The notes: generated by a model from the sequence alone, not told the origin. Positions 20,646 through 30,904 are shown, counted from the stretch's first letter. The stretch: 64,000 nucleotides of DNA from Verrucomicrobiia bacterium (GCA_963664225.1 OY760937.1:1536001-1600000), one strand, 5' to 3'. A program made the numbers and translations.

Positions 20646-21239
20646 ATGAATGTCACCAAATCCGATGAGCAGGATACGCTGGACATGCAACAGTTGGCCC
20701 AAGGCAACAATCAGGCCCTCAATGACCTGATGGACAGGCACTCTGAGAAACTCTACCATTACCTGTTGCGATCCCTGCAGGACGAGGCCGATGCTGGCGA
20801 TCTGGCCCAGGAGACATTCGTCAAGATTTACCAAAATCGCGCGAAATTCGATCCGCGGCAGAAATTTACAACCTGGCTTTATGCCATTGCCAGCAACCTC
20901 GTGCGTGACCGATATCGGTGGCGGTCACGTCACCCGCAGGTTTCTCTCGACGCCGATAACGAGCAAACCGAATCCAGTCTTAAAGATACCCTGAGCGCTG
21001 TCGATCCGCCTCCCGATCAAAGGGTGCAAGCCGAAGAACGCGCCGGGGCGGTGCGAAAAGCGGTGGATGCCTTGCCCGACGAACTGAAACAGCCTTTGAT
21101 CCTGGCCATTTATCAGGATTTACCCCAGCTTGAAATCGCGGCCATCTTGAGTTGTTCGGTAAAGGCGGTCGAGATGCGCCTCTACAGGGCGCGACAACAA
21201 TTACGCACAGAACTAGCCGGCTTAATGGCGACCCTTTGA
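20646..21239 (+). CDS. ECF sigma factor (CnrH-like)
   Basis: DLAQETFVKIY, FTTWLYAIASN, EIAAILSCSVKAVEMRLYRAR. Confidence 0.9.
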   Translation: MNVTKSDEQDTLDMQQLAQGNNQALNDLMDRHSEKLYHYLLRSLQDEADAGDLAQETFVKIYQNRAKFDPRQKFTTWLYAIASNLVRDRYRWRSRHPQVSLDADNEQTESSLKDTLSAVDPPPDQRVQAEERAGAVRKAVDALPDELKQPLILAIYQDLPQLEIAAILSCSVKAVEMRLYRARQQLRTELAGLMATL

Positions 21240-21263
21240 CCACGACAAATCAAAAACACTGAA

Positions 21264-21518
21264 ATGAAACTGAATCAAATGAAAAGAACATCGTTAATAA
21301 AGATCACTGCACTTGCGGCCGTCACCGTGATTGCCAGCCTGGCCCTGGCAGGCTGCACCGGTTCCCCTCAAAAAGACACGACCGAGCCATCGACTACTCA
21401 GTCGACTCAAAAAAGTGAGCACGCCGTGCAATACACATGCTCCATGCATCCGGAGATTGTACAGGACAAACCGGGCGATTGTCCCAAGTGCGGAATGAAA
21501 CTGGTTGAAAAGCGTTAA
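21264..21518 (+). CDS. Small lipoprotein with a heavy-metal-binding domain
   Basis: Lipobox LAGC; YTCSMHPEIVQDKPGDCPKCGMKL. Confidence 0.85.
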   Translation: MKLNQMKRTSLIKITALAAVTVIASLALAGCTGSPQKDTTEPSTTQSTQKSEHAVQYTCSMHPEIVQDKPGDCPKCGMKLVEKR

Positions 21519-22000
21519 GTCGCGCACATCGGAACAATCCATTTACGGTTCAGCCTTGTTTGAAAACGACCGGAGCACCGATCCGGTTATGACCATATTT
21601 TCAATTAGACTTGCCCTTTAGGCTTGATGCCGTCGCCTGTTAAAGCCTCAAATCGCTTCATCGTCGGCCACGAATCCCCAATAAAACACCGACATTGAAA
21701 TCAACGGAACCTCACAGACCTCCGCGATGTTCTTTGATTTGTCAGACAGCTTTTACAGGAATTGTGATCTCACGAATTGGTTACTGGAATCGACGTTCTG
21801 GTCCCACGACATCACACCAGCATCTGTACGGTTACGACGCCTGTTGTTTTGTTGGAAAATTGACTCCGATCCTGCAATAGGTATTTGAAAATCAAGGAGG
21901 TGTCTTTGTGTGATTTGACAGCAGTGCGTATTGGGCTGAGTTTGTTAAGTTGTATTGATATGGCTTATAAGCCACCCGCATATGACATCAGGACATAGTT

Positions 22001-22990
22001 ATGAATATGAGACGCATTCGAATGTATGGAACGCTCGTGGCGTTCATGTTATTGGCGGGAACATACAACCCCCTGGCACAAAGTTGGATGACCAACGGTT
22101 TGATTGCTCATTACCCGATGCACGGCAACGCCAATGATGCAAGCGGCTACGGAATGGATGGAACAATGACTGGCGCACCGGCGATGACCACCAACCGTTT
22201 TGGCGGATTCGGTGACGCTTTCGGTTTTCAGGGTGGAATGGACGCGATCATGTTGACCAACCTGAACGTGAACATGATCACGAATGGTCAGAACACTGTT
22301 TGTCTTTGGATGCGATGGGATGGTGGCGCTGATGGGATTACGAATCCGGTTGCCATGCCCTTTGGCTGGGGGGACACAAACGAGAATTATTGCCTGCTCT
22401 TCCAGCGCGCAGGAACGGGTCGCTTTGGCTTCAGCGATGGCATGGGGGATGTTTATGGAACGAACTACGGCTCCATGTTATCCAATCATTGGGTCCATGT
22501 GGCCGCCGTCTTCAACAACGGCGACATGATGAACTCCGGGCTTTATATCAACGGTCAGCGGGTGGGTGGATCGATGACGGCTGGCGGAATGCCGATGGGC
22601 ATGGGAATGGGGATGATGGTCCGGCGAAGCGCGAGTCCGATGGCCTTCCTTGGTGGATTTGGCGATCAGGATTCGGTTCCTTATCACTTCTTTGGCGCAA
22701 TGAGCGACGTGCGCATATACAACCGTTCCCTCACCGACACGGAAATTGCCGCCCTGTTTCAGATGGATGCCGCCCCCTCCATGCGGATGATGGCAGGATC
22801 TGAAGAAGGCACTGAAAATGTGGAGTTCAATTCAATGATGATGGACTGGCATTTTCAGATGCAGTTTTCCGACGACCTGTTGCACTGGACCAACTATTCA
22901 AATATGTTTGAGCCTAGCTCGGGCACAATGGTGCGCACTATTAACACAACAACCTCCAACATGTTCTGGCGATTGATGGGCAATCCCTGA
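22001..22990 (+). CDS. Secreted methionine-rich LamG/ConA-like domain protein
   Basis: GLIAHYPMHGNANDASG, WVHVAAVF, LYING, DVRIYNRSLT; tail SDDLLHW...FWRL. Confidence 0.8.
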   Translation: MNMRRIRMYGTLVAFMLLAGTYNPLAQSWMTNGLIAHYPMHGNANDASGYGMDGTMTGAPAMTTNRFGGFGDAFGFQGGMDAIMLTNLNVNMITNGQNTVCLWMRWDGGADGITNPVAMPFGWGDTNENYCLLFQRAGTGRFGFSDGMGDVYGTNYGSMLSNHWVHVAAVFNNGDMMNSGLYINGQRVGGSMTAGGMPMGMGMGMMVRRSASPMAFLGGFGDQDSVPYHFFGAMSDVRIYNRSLTDTEIAALFQMDAAPSMRMMAGSEEGTENVEFNSMMMDWHFQMQFSDDLLHWTNYSNMFEPSSGTMVRTINTTTSNMFWRLMGNP

Positions 22991-23286
22991 GCGGTTCTCC
23001 GCCAAGCCGTTGTGGGAGTCCCAATCCGTCGTTTCGCGAACAGCCTTGAACGGAACAGAAGACAATATGCAAACGGTTTTTGCAGACGAATGCGGGGCGG
23101 CCAACACCTGATCACTCTGCAATTACTCGTTGAGTTGACGCATAAAAGCAGACCTTATTTGGCGAACCAATACTCACAAAGGGACAAGCGCGAAGGAGCA
23201 TTTGTATTTTTGCGCCCCTTGGATTATAAATAGCAAAGGAGGATACGAAGAACATCTAAAAACCAAACAATGCGAAAATCCTATCT

Positions 23287-23736
23287 ATGAAAACAACGAA
23301 ACTAATCTCCAGTTGTCTGACACTCTCAGCCTTCCTAATTACAGTTACCGCTGCGGTCTGGCTGTCCGGAACCGTCCGGGCCGAAGAAATGAAATCCATG
23401 AAAGGCGCAGAACACCTGATGATGCTCAATGCCATCACCACTCCCGAACAGGTCGAGGCGCTCAAGCCAGGTGACACCATCGCCATGGCCTGTCCCAAGT
23501 GCAAAACGATCATCGTTGAAAAAGTGACAACGGAAAAGGGACACATCACCACGATGACTCCGGGTGAGGTGCATCTGTGCTCCGGTTGTCAGTCCAGCAT
23601 CGTGACGGTTGGCACCGGCAAAACCGCGCATAACGAACTGAAACACGTTTGTAAGAAATGTGGCAGCGACACAGTCTTCTGCTGCGCCACCACGAAGGAC
23701 GCCCCGCCGACGAAGGGCATGGAGACCGAAAAGTAA
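23287..23736 (+). CDS. Secreted Cys-rich hypothetical protein, putative metal binder
   Basis: Signal peptide; CPKC, HLCSGC, HVCKKC, FCC. Confidence 0.7.
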   Translation: MKTTKLISSCLTLSAFLITVTAAVWLSGTVRAEEMKSMKGAEHLMMLNAITTPEQVEALKPGDTIAMACPKCKTIIVEKVTTEKGHITTMTPGEVHLCSGCQSSIVTVGTGKTAHNELKHVCKKCGSDTVFCCATTKDAPPTKGMETEK

Positions 23737-23807
23737 TTCAACCGAAGACTTCGTTCGCAAGCGGTCAGGAGGGAATTCCTCCAGCCGCTTTTGTATTGCG
23801 AGAACCA

Positions 23808-24914
23808 TCACTGCATCAAGTGCTTGAATCCTTGCATGGCGATGAATAATCCAATCAATGTCATTAACGCGCAACTGGCATACGGCAATTTGCGCGCAAA
23901 CTCCCCGAAACCTTTAAAATGTTTGCTGGCGTGGCGGACGGAAAAGGCGGCAACCGATCCGACGGTGACAAGCGTGATGGCCAATCCCACGCTGAATGCC
24001 ATTACCAGGGCAAAACCCAGGGTGTAACGCTTCAATTGAAGGCAGATCAGCAGCACCGCAAATGCGGATGGACAAGGCAGCAATCCGCCAGTCAATCCAA
24101 ACAGAATGAGTTGGCCGGTCGTCACCTGCCGATTCTCGAAGCGATTCTTTAATTCGACGGCATGCTCCCTTTCGTGTTCATCTTGATACTCAGGCGAAGC
24201 ACCGTGTTGTGAATGATGATGATCTTCCTCGAATTTGGCGTGGTAAGAGATGCCAGGCCTTTTGAGGACCACCTCGAACTCGTGCGGTTCGGGAATGTTG
24301 GAGGTGGATTGGAGATAATCTTGCTTTGAGATAAACTCGAACAATTGTTTGGTCCCATCGGGCCGGGAGGTTTCTAAATGGACAGTGTCGGCATCGGGTG
24401 CCAAAAGCACTTGATTCCCCTGATCGAAAAAATAGAGCCGAAAAGAGGGCATCACGCCTGTTTCAAAAACGCTGATTTCCATCTGCTCATTCGCGCCGGT
24501 CTGCAACAACGGCCCGCCATGTATTCCTCGTGGTCCATGATCGTGGGTGTGATGAGGAGATTCCTTTGCAGATTGTTGCACCCTGATGCTGCGGGCTAAC
24601 ATCCACGCCGCCATGCCGATCACAATCACTCCAGTCGCCAGTTGGAAATAGGGCTCGGTGGTTTCAACATCGAACCGCCCTGAATAATGCAGTCCGATAA
24701 ACGCGAGGACCCAAATGATTGCCGTATGCGAAACGGTGGCAGACAAACCAAGCAGCATCGCCTGGGTTAAGGTGCCTCGAATGGCGACGATGAACGCTGC
24801 CATCATCGTTTTACTATGGCCTGGCTCCAAACCGTGCAGGATGCCCAGAAGAATCGCGGCGGGAATGAAAAGCCACGCATTGCCCTGGGCCAGGTAATCG
24901 GAAAAGGAGTTCAT
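23808..24914 (-). CDS. rcnA: Nickel/cobalt efflux protein RcnA with an inserted soluble domain
   Basis: LHGLEPGHSKTMMAAFIVAIRGT, His-rich loop, YQDEHEREHA, GLTGGLLPCPSA. Confidence 0.88.
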   Translation of the reverse strand: MNSFSDYLAQGNAWLFIPAAILLGILHGLEPGHSKTMMAAFIVAIRGTLTQAMLLGLSATVSHTAIIWVLAFIGLHYSGRFDVETTEPYFQLATGVIVIGMAAWMLARSIRVQQSAKESPHHTHDHGPRGIHGGPLLQTGANEQMEISVFETGVMPSFRLYFFDQGNQVLLAPDADTVHLETSRPDGTKQLFEFISKQDYLQSTSNIPEPHEFEVVLKRPGISYHAKFEEDHHHSQHGASPEYQDEHEREHAVELKNRFENRQVTTGQLILFGLTGGLLPCPSAFAVLLICLQLKRYTLGFALVMAFSVGLAITLVTVGSVAAFSVRHASKHFKGFGEFARKLPYASCALMTLIGLFIAMQGFKHLMQ

Positions 24915-24985
24915 GAAGTTTTTGTCTTTCCAGCGCGGACTTGCGCTCGAACGATTCTTAAAGGCGATGATAAAAATGGCTTCGT

Positions 24986-25264
24986 CTAGCGGAGATATGT
25001 TTTTACCGCATCGATTACCTCTTGCGCTGCCTGCGTTTGCGCCGGGGTGGCATTCGTGTCGGGGTCTACCACATGATGCCGGATGTGGCCTTCGAGAAGC
25101 TCTGCCATGAGGCCGTTCATTGCGCCCCGGCAAGCCACGGTAAGGTGCAATGCTTCAGAGCAGCCTGCTTCGTTCTCCAGAAGCTTTTCGAGTGCTTCCA
25201 CCTGCCCCCGGATGCGACGGACGCGCAGGAGCAGCTTCTTTTTGTCGTGAATGGTATGCGCCAT
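24986..25264 (-). CDS. rcnR: RcnR/FrmR (CsoR family) metal-sensing repressor
   Basis: MAHT...KLLLRVRRIRGQVEAL...C...ACRGAMNGLMAELLEGHIRHH...KTYLR. Confidence 0.88.
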   Translation of the reverse strand: MAHTIHDKKKLLLRVRRIRGQVEALEKLLENEAGCSEALHLTVACRGAMNGLMAELLEGHIRHHVVDPDTNATPAQTQAAQEVIDAVKTYLR

Positions 25265-25300
25265 AGTCGTCAATTTGTTCTTGTTTGCATCATCTGGCAC

Positions 25301-25322
25301 ATACCATACCCCGGTATGGTAT
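25301..25322. promoter_or_regulatory. RcnR/CsoR-type operator overlapping the minus-strand promoter
   Basis: Inverted repeat ATACCATAC-CCCG-GTATGGTAT around a G/C tract; minus-strand TTGACG-N17-TATGGT. Confidence 0.8.
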
Positions 25323-25577
25323 AGTCGTCAATCAAATCCACCGACGCGCACAACTGCAAATCATTATCCTCAGCACGTCTCCGCAGAAGGAATAACTCAG
25401 GCTGGGCGTGAAAAGGGAACACTCCACGCACTCAGAACATGAAAGACGACCCACTGCATAGCCACGGTTTGTTCGGGAGCGGAAGAGCCAGTATTACGGT
25501 TGGCCGGATTCATCGCGACAGCCTTTCAGACGAGGAGTTTGAACGCTTGTTCGTGTGCATCGGGAACACGTCGCCAG

Positions 25578-26819
25578 TCACGTCTGGCTGGGGGCTGCCG
25601 ACACCTGTCCGGGATGGACTGCCACGGGCCGCTGATAAACGAAGCGCCAGTACCAAAGAGTCCCCAGAACGCCGCAAAGGGCCGCACCAATGAAGTTTGC
25701 CTGCGGACTCAAGCTCCACAACCATGCCCCGAGAAACGATCCGGTGGTCACCACGCAGTCCCGAATCAGATAGTACGCTCCATAGGTGCGGGCGCGGAGT
25801 TCGGGCCGGGCCTGGGCGATGATGAGCGCCTTGCGCGCAGGTTCACCGAACTCCTTGAGGCCGCGCACAACGAAGGCCACTGCCAGCCAGCCAAAGCTAT
25901 CGGCCCAAATCAGGGACACTGGGAACAAAGTGAAGAACCCGAAGGTGGCCAGGACAAACGGACGCTGTCCGTGCTTGTCCGCCAAATGCGCGACCGGAAT
26001 GTAACACACCATGGCTGTCACCATTTCCAGGGCCACCAGAACGCCGTATTGTCTGGCGCTGACGCCACCGTGATTCATGGCCCAGAGGATTACAAAGGCG
26101 TATGGCAACCGTTCGCAGAAGCGAATGAGAATGTCGCTGATGAGTAATTCGCGCAGTGTGGGGTTAAAAGACCTGACGACGCCCATGAATGAGAGACCCG
26201 GGTTGTTCGCGGTGGATGACCGCGTAGCGGTTGGCTCCGCCATAAACCATTGGAAAACTGCTGTGACCGCACTGAGAACGATGCAGCCCATTAACGCGAA
26301 GCGCATCCCTTGTTCCCAGCCATAAAAAGTGATGAGCCAGCCGCCAACCAACGGCCCAACCATCATCGGCACTCGGCGCACCATCGATTGTATTCCGACG
26401 CCCATGGTGTGCTGACGATTGTCCAGTGATGTGGCGACGACGCTCAGCGTGGCTGGAAGGGAAAAGGCGCTCCATGCGAGGAACAGGAAAGCCCCGACCA
26501 GCAGCGCCAACCAGTGGTGCCACAGCAGCACAAAAAGGTAGCCTGCCAGCGAAAGCGCGTTAAAAAGGAGCAGCGACTTCCTCTGTCCCCATCGGTCGGT
26601 CAGCCACCCGCCCGGATAGGCATAAAGTGCTCCCAGCAGAGTCTGCAATGCATCGAACAAGCCAATGATGAGGATAGTGGCACCCAGGGTTTGCAGATAC
26701 TTCGGCGCAAAACCAAGCCAGAGTCGTTCACCGGTTCCAGCCAGCACCAGCGCCACGAGCAGCAGGCTCGTGTTGCGGCGCAAGGCCAGAAATTCAGCAA
26801 GTTTGTGGCAACCATTCAC
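25578..26819 (-). CDS. MFS transporter
   Basis: About 12 hydrophobic segments; GGWLTDRWGQRK and HLADKHGQRP motif A copies. Confidence 0.88.
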   Translation of the reverse strand: MNGCHKLAEFLALRRNTSLLLVALVLAGTGERLWLGFAPKYLQTLGATILIIGLFDALQTLLGALYAYPGGWLTDRWGQRKSLLLFNALSLAGYLFVLLWHHWLALLVGAFLFLAWSAFSLPATLSVVATSLDNRQHTMGVGIQSMVRRVPMMVGPLVGGWLITFYGWEQGMRFALMGCIVLSAVTAVFQWFMAEPTATRSSTANNPGLSFMGVVRSFNPTLRELLISDILIRFCERLPYAFVILWAMNHGGVSARQYGVLVALEMVTAMVCYIPVAHLADKHGQRPFVLATFGFFTLFPVSLIWADSFGWLAVAFVVRGLKEFGEPARKALIIAQARPELRARTYGAYYLIRDCVVTTGSFLGAWLWSLSPQANFIGAALCGVLGTLWYWRFVYQRPVAVHPGQVSAAPSQT

Positions 26820-27427
26820 GCGGTGAATGTCACGTCCGGCATCTTCTTGTCAAAAAAGATGTTTTTATGAGTGACGCTCATGGACAACGCAACGGCCACG
26901 TCCGCCTTGATGATTCCCAAATGCCGGGCCGCAGCCGCAATCCGGGTTTGGCATCGGGTATCAATGTTGTTGAGGCTTGCGATTTTTGCGGCGGACCCAA
27001 CTGCGATCCCAAGGTCGATGCAGCGCAGTTGGCAAATGGGACCGTCGAACTGCCAGCCTTGCGAAGTCCCTGTCTTGTGTTTCGGTTTGGCCTGCAAAAA
27101 CTCCGCGCAGGTCCCGTAGCCGCAGGCTCCACAGTCATATTGCGGTGGATACCAATCTTCGAGGCCAATGAACAAAACCAAATCCAGCTTCTCCGCCATA
27201 TCTGCGTCGCGAAACCATATGGCTTCCTTGTGCTGCTGTCCTTGCTCCCGCAGCCAATCTGCGAGCTGTTTCAGCATGGTTTTGTCTTCGACGATAACCG
27301 TTTCGATGAATGGCTTTGCTCCTTTCAGGAAAAGTTGACCCCCACTCTTGGGCGCAGTCATGGCGGCGACGGCACAAAGCTTCGCAATACTCCGCAAAAC
27401 ATCCATAAACATTTCGTGTTGAATCAT
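26816..27427 (-). CDS. DUF2148 ferredoxin-like domain protein
   Basis: AMTAPKSGG, DCGACGYGTC, ICQLRCIDLGIAVGSA, KNIFFD. Confidence 0.8.
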   Translation of the reverse strand: MIQHEMFMDVLRSIAKLCAVAAMTAPKSGGQLFLKGAKPFIETVIVEDKTMLKQLADWLREQGQQHKEAIWFRDADMAEKLDLVLFIGLEDWYPPQYDCGACGYGTCAEFLQAKPKHKTGTSQGWQFDGPICQLRCIDLGIAVGSAAKIASLNNIDTRCQTRIAAAARHLGIIKADVAVALSMSVTHKNIFFDKKMPDVTFTA

Positions 27428-27867
27428 TTAATCTCCTTTCTTTCTGAAATCCGCCTCTGGCACTCCACATACAGCGCATCATAAACCATGAACTCGCGTT
27501 CGAGAATTTCAGGATCGCTCAGTCCCAGGGCGCTGTATCCAAAGGCAATCCAGCGCAAGCCTTCACCAGCCGGGTGTGGATTGGATGGATGGGAGTCGGC
27601 TGCACGGACAATCTCGCCGAGCAGTGTCAGCGCAGGGTCATGCAGATGGTATTTCTTAAGGATCGAGTTAAAAGAAACATCCTCGCCGTGATGGCCAAGT
27701 TCGCAGGAGCCAATATCGAATGGAACCGCGCCCAGTTCAATCGCCTTCGTGGCGACCTGGTCGCTTCGTACAAACAGGAATTCCGCTTTGGGATCGATGA
27801 ACTTCCTGATGAGCCACGGACAGGCGACCCGGTCCACTTTCACATTTTCACGGGTAATCCACTTCAT
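27424..27867 (-). CDS. Stand-alone ChrB C-terminal-domain protein (ChrF-like)
   Basis: MKWITRENVKVDRVACPWLIRKFIDPKAEFLFV...PFD...IVRAAD...YDALY. Confidence 0.85.
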   Translation of the reverse strand: MKWITRENVKVDRVACPWLIRKFIDPKAEFLFVRSDQVATKAIELGAVPFDIGSCELGHHGEDVSFNSILKKYHLHDPALTLLGEIVRAADSHPSNPHPAGEGLRWIAFGYSALGLSDPEILEREFMVYDALYVECQRRISERKEIK

Positions 27868-27871
27868 AATC

Positions 27872-28801
27872 CTAATTCGTTAATGACCGGTAAAGTCCCT
27901 CGAAACATTCGACGCCCTTGTCCAGCAGCACGTCATCGCTCAGACCGGACTTTGCCCAGCCAGCCAGCACACTGTTGATGCCAACACACTCGCACCGCTG
28001 GAACTTGCCATCCTCCAAATCCGCATCATGCACCATTTCCGCCATCTTGAGCACCGCTTCGTCTGAAATGCCAAACCGGATCACCAGCGTCTCAAAGGTG
28101 CAATTCTCCCCGTGGTGTGAGAACTCTGCGTCCGCCATGTCGAAGGGCACCGTATTTGGGTGCTTTGATGGTTCCATCCCAAACACGAAACGGGCTTTTC
28201 GGTCGATATATTTGCGAATCAGCCAGGCTGATCCCGCCCGGTCAATGCCCGGTTGTGGCCGCGTGAGCCAGACGCGTCCCACAAATCGGGCTGCGTCTGC
28301 CTTCAGTGCCACGACTTCGCCTTTTCGTGGGGATAACAACTTCTCCAAACGTTCGATAAGAATCTGCACATCATGTACCGCAGGCGAATTGAAATAGTCC
28401 GTCTCGCGAATTTCGCGCAAGCGCTTCTGGTGGTTCGCCAGCTCCGCAGCAAGGTCCATCCCGTCCTTGCGCTTGTAACGCGCCAAAGTTTCCCGACACA
28501 CTTCCGCTAAATCCTTGTATTCCACGGCTCGCGCCTCGTTGAACAGCTGAACGATCTGCCCGCTGGTCACTCCCTCAATCTGCGCCACCCGGATGAGCGT
28601 CGCCTCGCCCCCAGCATCCTGAAGCTCCCTGGACAACCACTGAAACCTTTCGTATTGCGTGGGGGTGTCCGGGAGGACATATGCGGAGCTCTTCAATTGT
28701 ACAGCCCCAAACTTCTTGAGCTTGCGCCACAGGCTCACGCGCTCAGCGCTCCGTTTCGTGGGCAGTCCATAGAGCAGTAAAAGCCAGGATTTATCTTTCA
28801 T
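27872..28801 (-). CDS. chrB: ChrB-family chromate-response regulator (N- and C-domains)
   Basis: WLLLLYGLP...RVSLWRKLKKFGA...YVLP, IRETDYF, WLTRPQPGIDRAGSAWLIRKYID, CTFETL, HDADLED. Confidence 0.85.
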   Translation of the reverse strand: MKDKSWLLLLYGLPTKRSAERVSLWRKLKKFGAVQLKSSAYVLPDTPTQYERFQWLSRELQDAGGEATLIRVAQIEGVTSGQIVQLFNEARAVEYKDLAEVCRETLARYKRKDGMDLAAELANHQKRLREIRETDYFNSPAVHDVQILIERLEKLLSPRKGEVVALKADAARFVGRVWLTRPQPGIDRAGSAWLIRKYIDRKARFVFGMEPSKHPNTVPFDMADAEFSHHGENCTFETLVIRFGISDEAVLKMAEMVHDADLEDGKFQRCECVGINSVLAGWAKSGLSDDVLLDKGVECFEGLYRSLTN

Positions 28802-28910
28802 GATGTTGACACATATACACACCTGATATACCTATTACAATGGTATGTGGTGTTTGTCGAGACGACGAATTGAAAAAGTTGAAGCTGCATACCGGACAGA
28901 AAGGTTAAAA

Positions 28911-29279
28911 ATGAAACTGAAGCATGTAATTATTGGGACCCTCGTCATCCTGGCGTTGACGTTGGTAATTCCACTGTTGATCGCAGAACCCAAGGGGGAC
29001 GAAACAACGGTCAAGGGCGAAGTAGTTGACCTCTGGTGTTATCTTGAGGGTGGAGACCATGGCCCGGAGCACAAGGCTTGTGCCGTCAGCTGTGCCAAGG
29101 CTGGGAATCCCATCGGAATCCTCGATGCAGACGGCAATATCTTCGTCGCCATGGGGATCAAAGACCACCAGCCGAGCCGTGAAGTGCTCATCGACAAGAT
29201 GGCCGATACGGTCACAGCCACGGGTACTGTTGTCAAAAAGGGCGGTGTGCAGGTCATCTACATTAAATCTGTCAAATGA
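28911..29279 (+). CDS. Exported hypothetical protein with a Cys/His motif
   Basis: Signal peptide; GEVVDLWCYL...GPEHKACAVSCAKAGNPIG. Confidence 0.7.
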   Translation: MKLKHVIIGTLVILALTLVIPLLIAEPKGDETTVKGEVVDLWCYLEGGDHGPEHKACAVSCAKAGNPIGILDADGNIFVAMGIKDHQPSREVLIDKMADTVTATGTVVKKGGVQVIYIKSVK

Positions 29280-29342
29280 CTGATTGCCAATAGGTAAGCC
29301 ACTAATCCGCTGCCGGGCGGCAGCACAGCTCAGGATCGACGT

Positions 29343-30275
29343 ATGAAAGTCAGACTTCTCTTGTCCACACTCTGCGGGGTGGTCATTGTTCTTAACGCGA
29401 ACGGGGCAACCATCGACCAGGCCAAAATTGAACAGATCACCGGCCTAAAAGGCGCGTGGAATGACGCTGAGGGCGTATTCAAAGTCAGCAGTCCGCGCAA
29501 TGACGTGCCGGTGAAGGTGGACGAATGGACCATGCCGCCCTTCATGGGGCTGACTTCATGGGCTGCGTTTTCAGCAGGGGGGAAGGCCGATATGATGGTG
29601 ATGGGCGATCTGGTTCTCTTTGAAGACGAAGTCAATCCAGTCATGAGCGCCACGCTCGGCAGCGGACTCGAAGTGACTGCCTTGCACAACCATTTCTTTC
29701 ACGCCGAACCGCAGGTTTACTTCATGCACATCGGCGGAGAAGGCACGGTCGAGAAGTTGGCGGGTGGCGTGAAATCGGCATTCGCGGCGATCAAGGAAAT
29801 CCGCACCTCCCAGGCACCGCCTTCCAAATCATTTGGTGGTGGCATTCCTGAAAAGAGCGCGATCAGTTCCACACCGCTCGCGGAGTTGTTCCATGCCACG
29901 CCGCAGGAGAAGGACGGCATGGTGAAGTTCGTTTTTGGTCGTGTCGCCCGCATGGCGTGCGGTTGCGAGGTGGGCAAGGAAATGGGCGTGAACACCTGGG
30001 CCAGTTTTGCAGGCATTGACGATAATGCGATAGTGGACGGCGATTTTGCCAGCCGTGAGGACGAATTGCAGCCAGTGCTTAAAAGCCTGCGCGAGGCAGG
30101 CATTAACATTGTAGCGATTCACCATCATATGATCGGCGAGACACCGCGATATGTGTTTCTGCACTACTGGGGGCGCGGGAATGCCACCGAACTTGCGCGC
30201 GCGCTACAGGCGGCGCGGGAGAAACAGACCAAGGCGGATAACAATCAACAGACTGAAACTCAAAAATACCCATGA
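29343..30275 (+). CDS. DUF1259 (LppY/LpqO) family protein, two domains
   Basis: PFMGLTSWAAF, GDLVLFEDEVNPVM, ALHNHF, AIHHHM...FLHYWGRG. Confidence 0.85.
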   Translation: MKVRLLLSTLCGVVIVLNANGATIDQAKIEQITGLKGAWNDAEGVFKVSSPRNDVPVKVDEWTMPPFMGLTSWAAFSAGGKADMMVMGDLVLFEDEVNPVMSATLGSGLEVTALHNHFFHAEPQVYFMHIGGEGTVEKLAGGVKSAFAAIKEIRTSQAPPSKSFGGGIPEKSAISSTPLAELFHATPQEKDGMVKFVFGRVARMACGCEVGKEMGVNTWASFAGIDDNAIVDGDFASREDELQPVLKSLREAGINIVAIHHHMIGETPRYVFLHYWGRGNATELARALQAAREKQTKADNNQQTETQKYP

Positions 30276-30892
30276 AATCAATTGTCACACTCCTAATGGC
30301 AGCCTGGTTGCTTGCCAGCGCTGTGCATTCGGCAACCATTAGTTTCGATGACGCCAAAGCCGGTATGGCACCGCCCGGTTGGACAGTCACCAAGACCGGG
30401 AGTGGCAACCCGAAGTGGGTCGTGGAGACCGACGACACCGCGCCCAGCAAACCGAATGTGCTCAAACAGTCTGGGGAGGCGACCTATCCAATTTGCATCA
30501 AGGAAGGCACTGACCTCAAAGACGGCTACGTCGAAGTCAAATTCAAGCCCGTCTCCGGCAAGGAGGATCAAGCGGGCGGCGTCATCTGGCGGGCAAGGGA
30601 CGCGGACAATTACTACATCGCCCGCGCCAACGCGCTGGAGGACAATGTCACGATCTATCACACCATCAATGGCAGGCGCGTGTCGTTCAAGAACGTGAAC
30701 CTGCCGGTCAAATCCGGTGAATGGCATACCCTTCGGGTGGACTTCAACGGGACCAAATTTACGGTGACGTTCGACGGCAGAAAAGTCATCGAGGCGACTG
30801 ACGACAGCTTTGCGGACGCCGGAAAGGTCGGTGTCTGGACCAAGGCGGATAGCGTGACGCTTTTCGATGATTTCAGTTACGGCAGCAAATAG
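30272..30892 (+). CDS. Exported ConA-like/DUF1080 domain protein
   Basis: Signal peptide; GKEDQAGGVIWR...NYYIARANALEDN...GKVGVWTKADSVT. Confidence 0.75.
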   Translation: MKSIVTLLMAAWLLASAVHSATISFDDAKAGMAPPGWTVTKTGSGNPKWVVETDDTAPSKPNVLKQSGEATYPICIKEGTDLKDGYVEVKFKPVSGKEDQAGGVIWRARDADNYYIARANALEDNVTIYHTINGRRVSFKNVNLPVKSGEWHTLRVDFNGTKFTVTFDGRKVIEATDDSFADAGKVGVWTKADSVTLFDDFSYGSK

Positions 30893-30904
30893 TGAAATAT
30901 TCCC

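Noticed and set aside
21907..21930. Possible fourth ECF promoter (TGTGTGAT...GCGTA) before the LamG gene
   Set aside because: Mismatched -35 and an 11-nt rather than 13-nt spacer.
24915..25133. Extended N-terminus of RcnA in the ORF track
   Set aside because: It overlaps rcnR; homology-like sequence starts at the Met at 24914.
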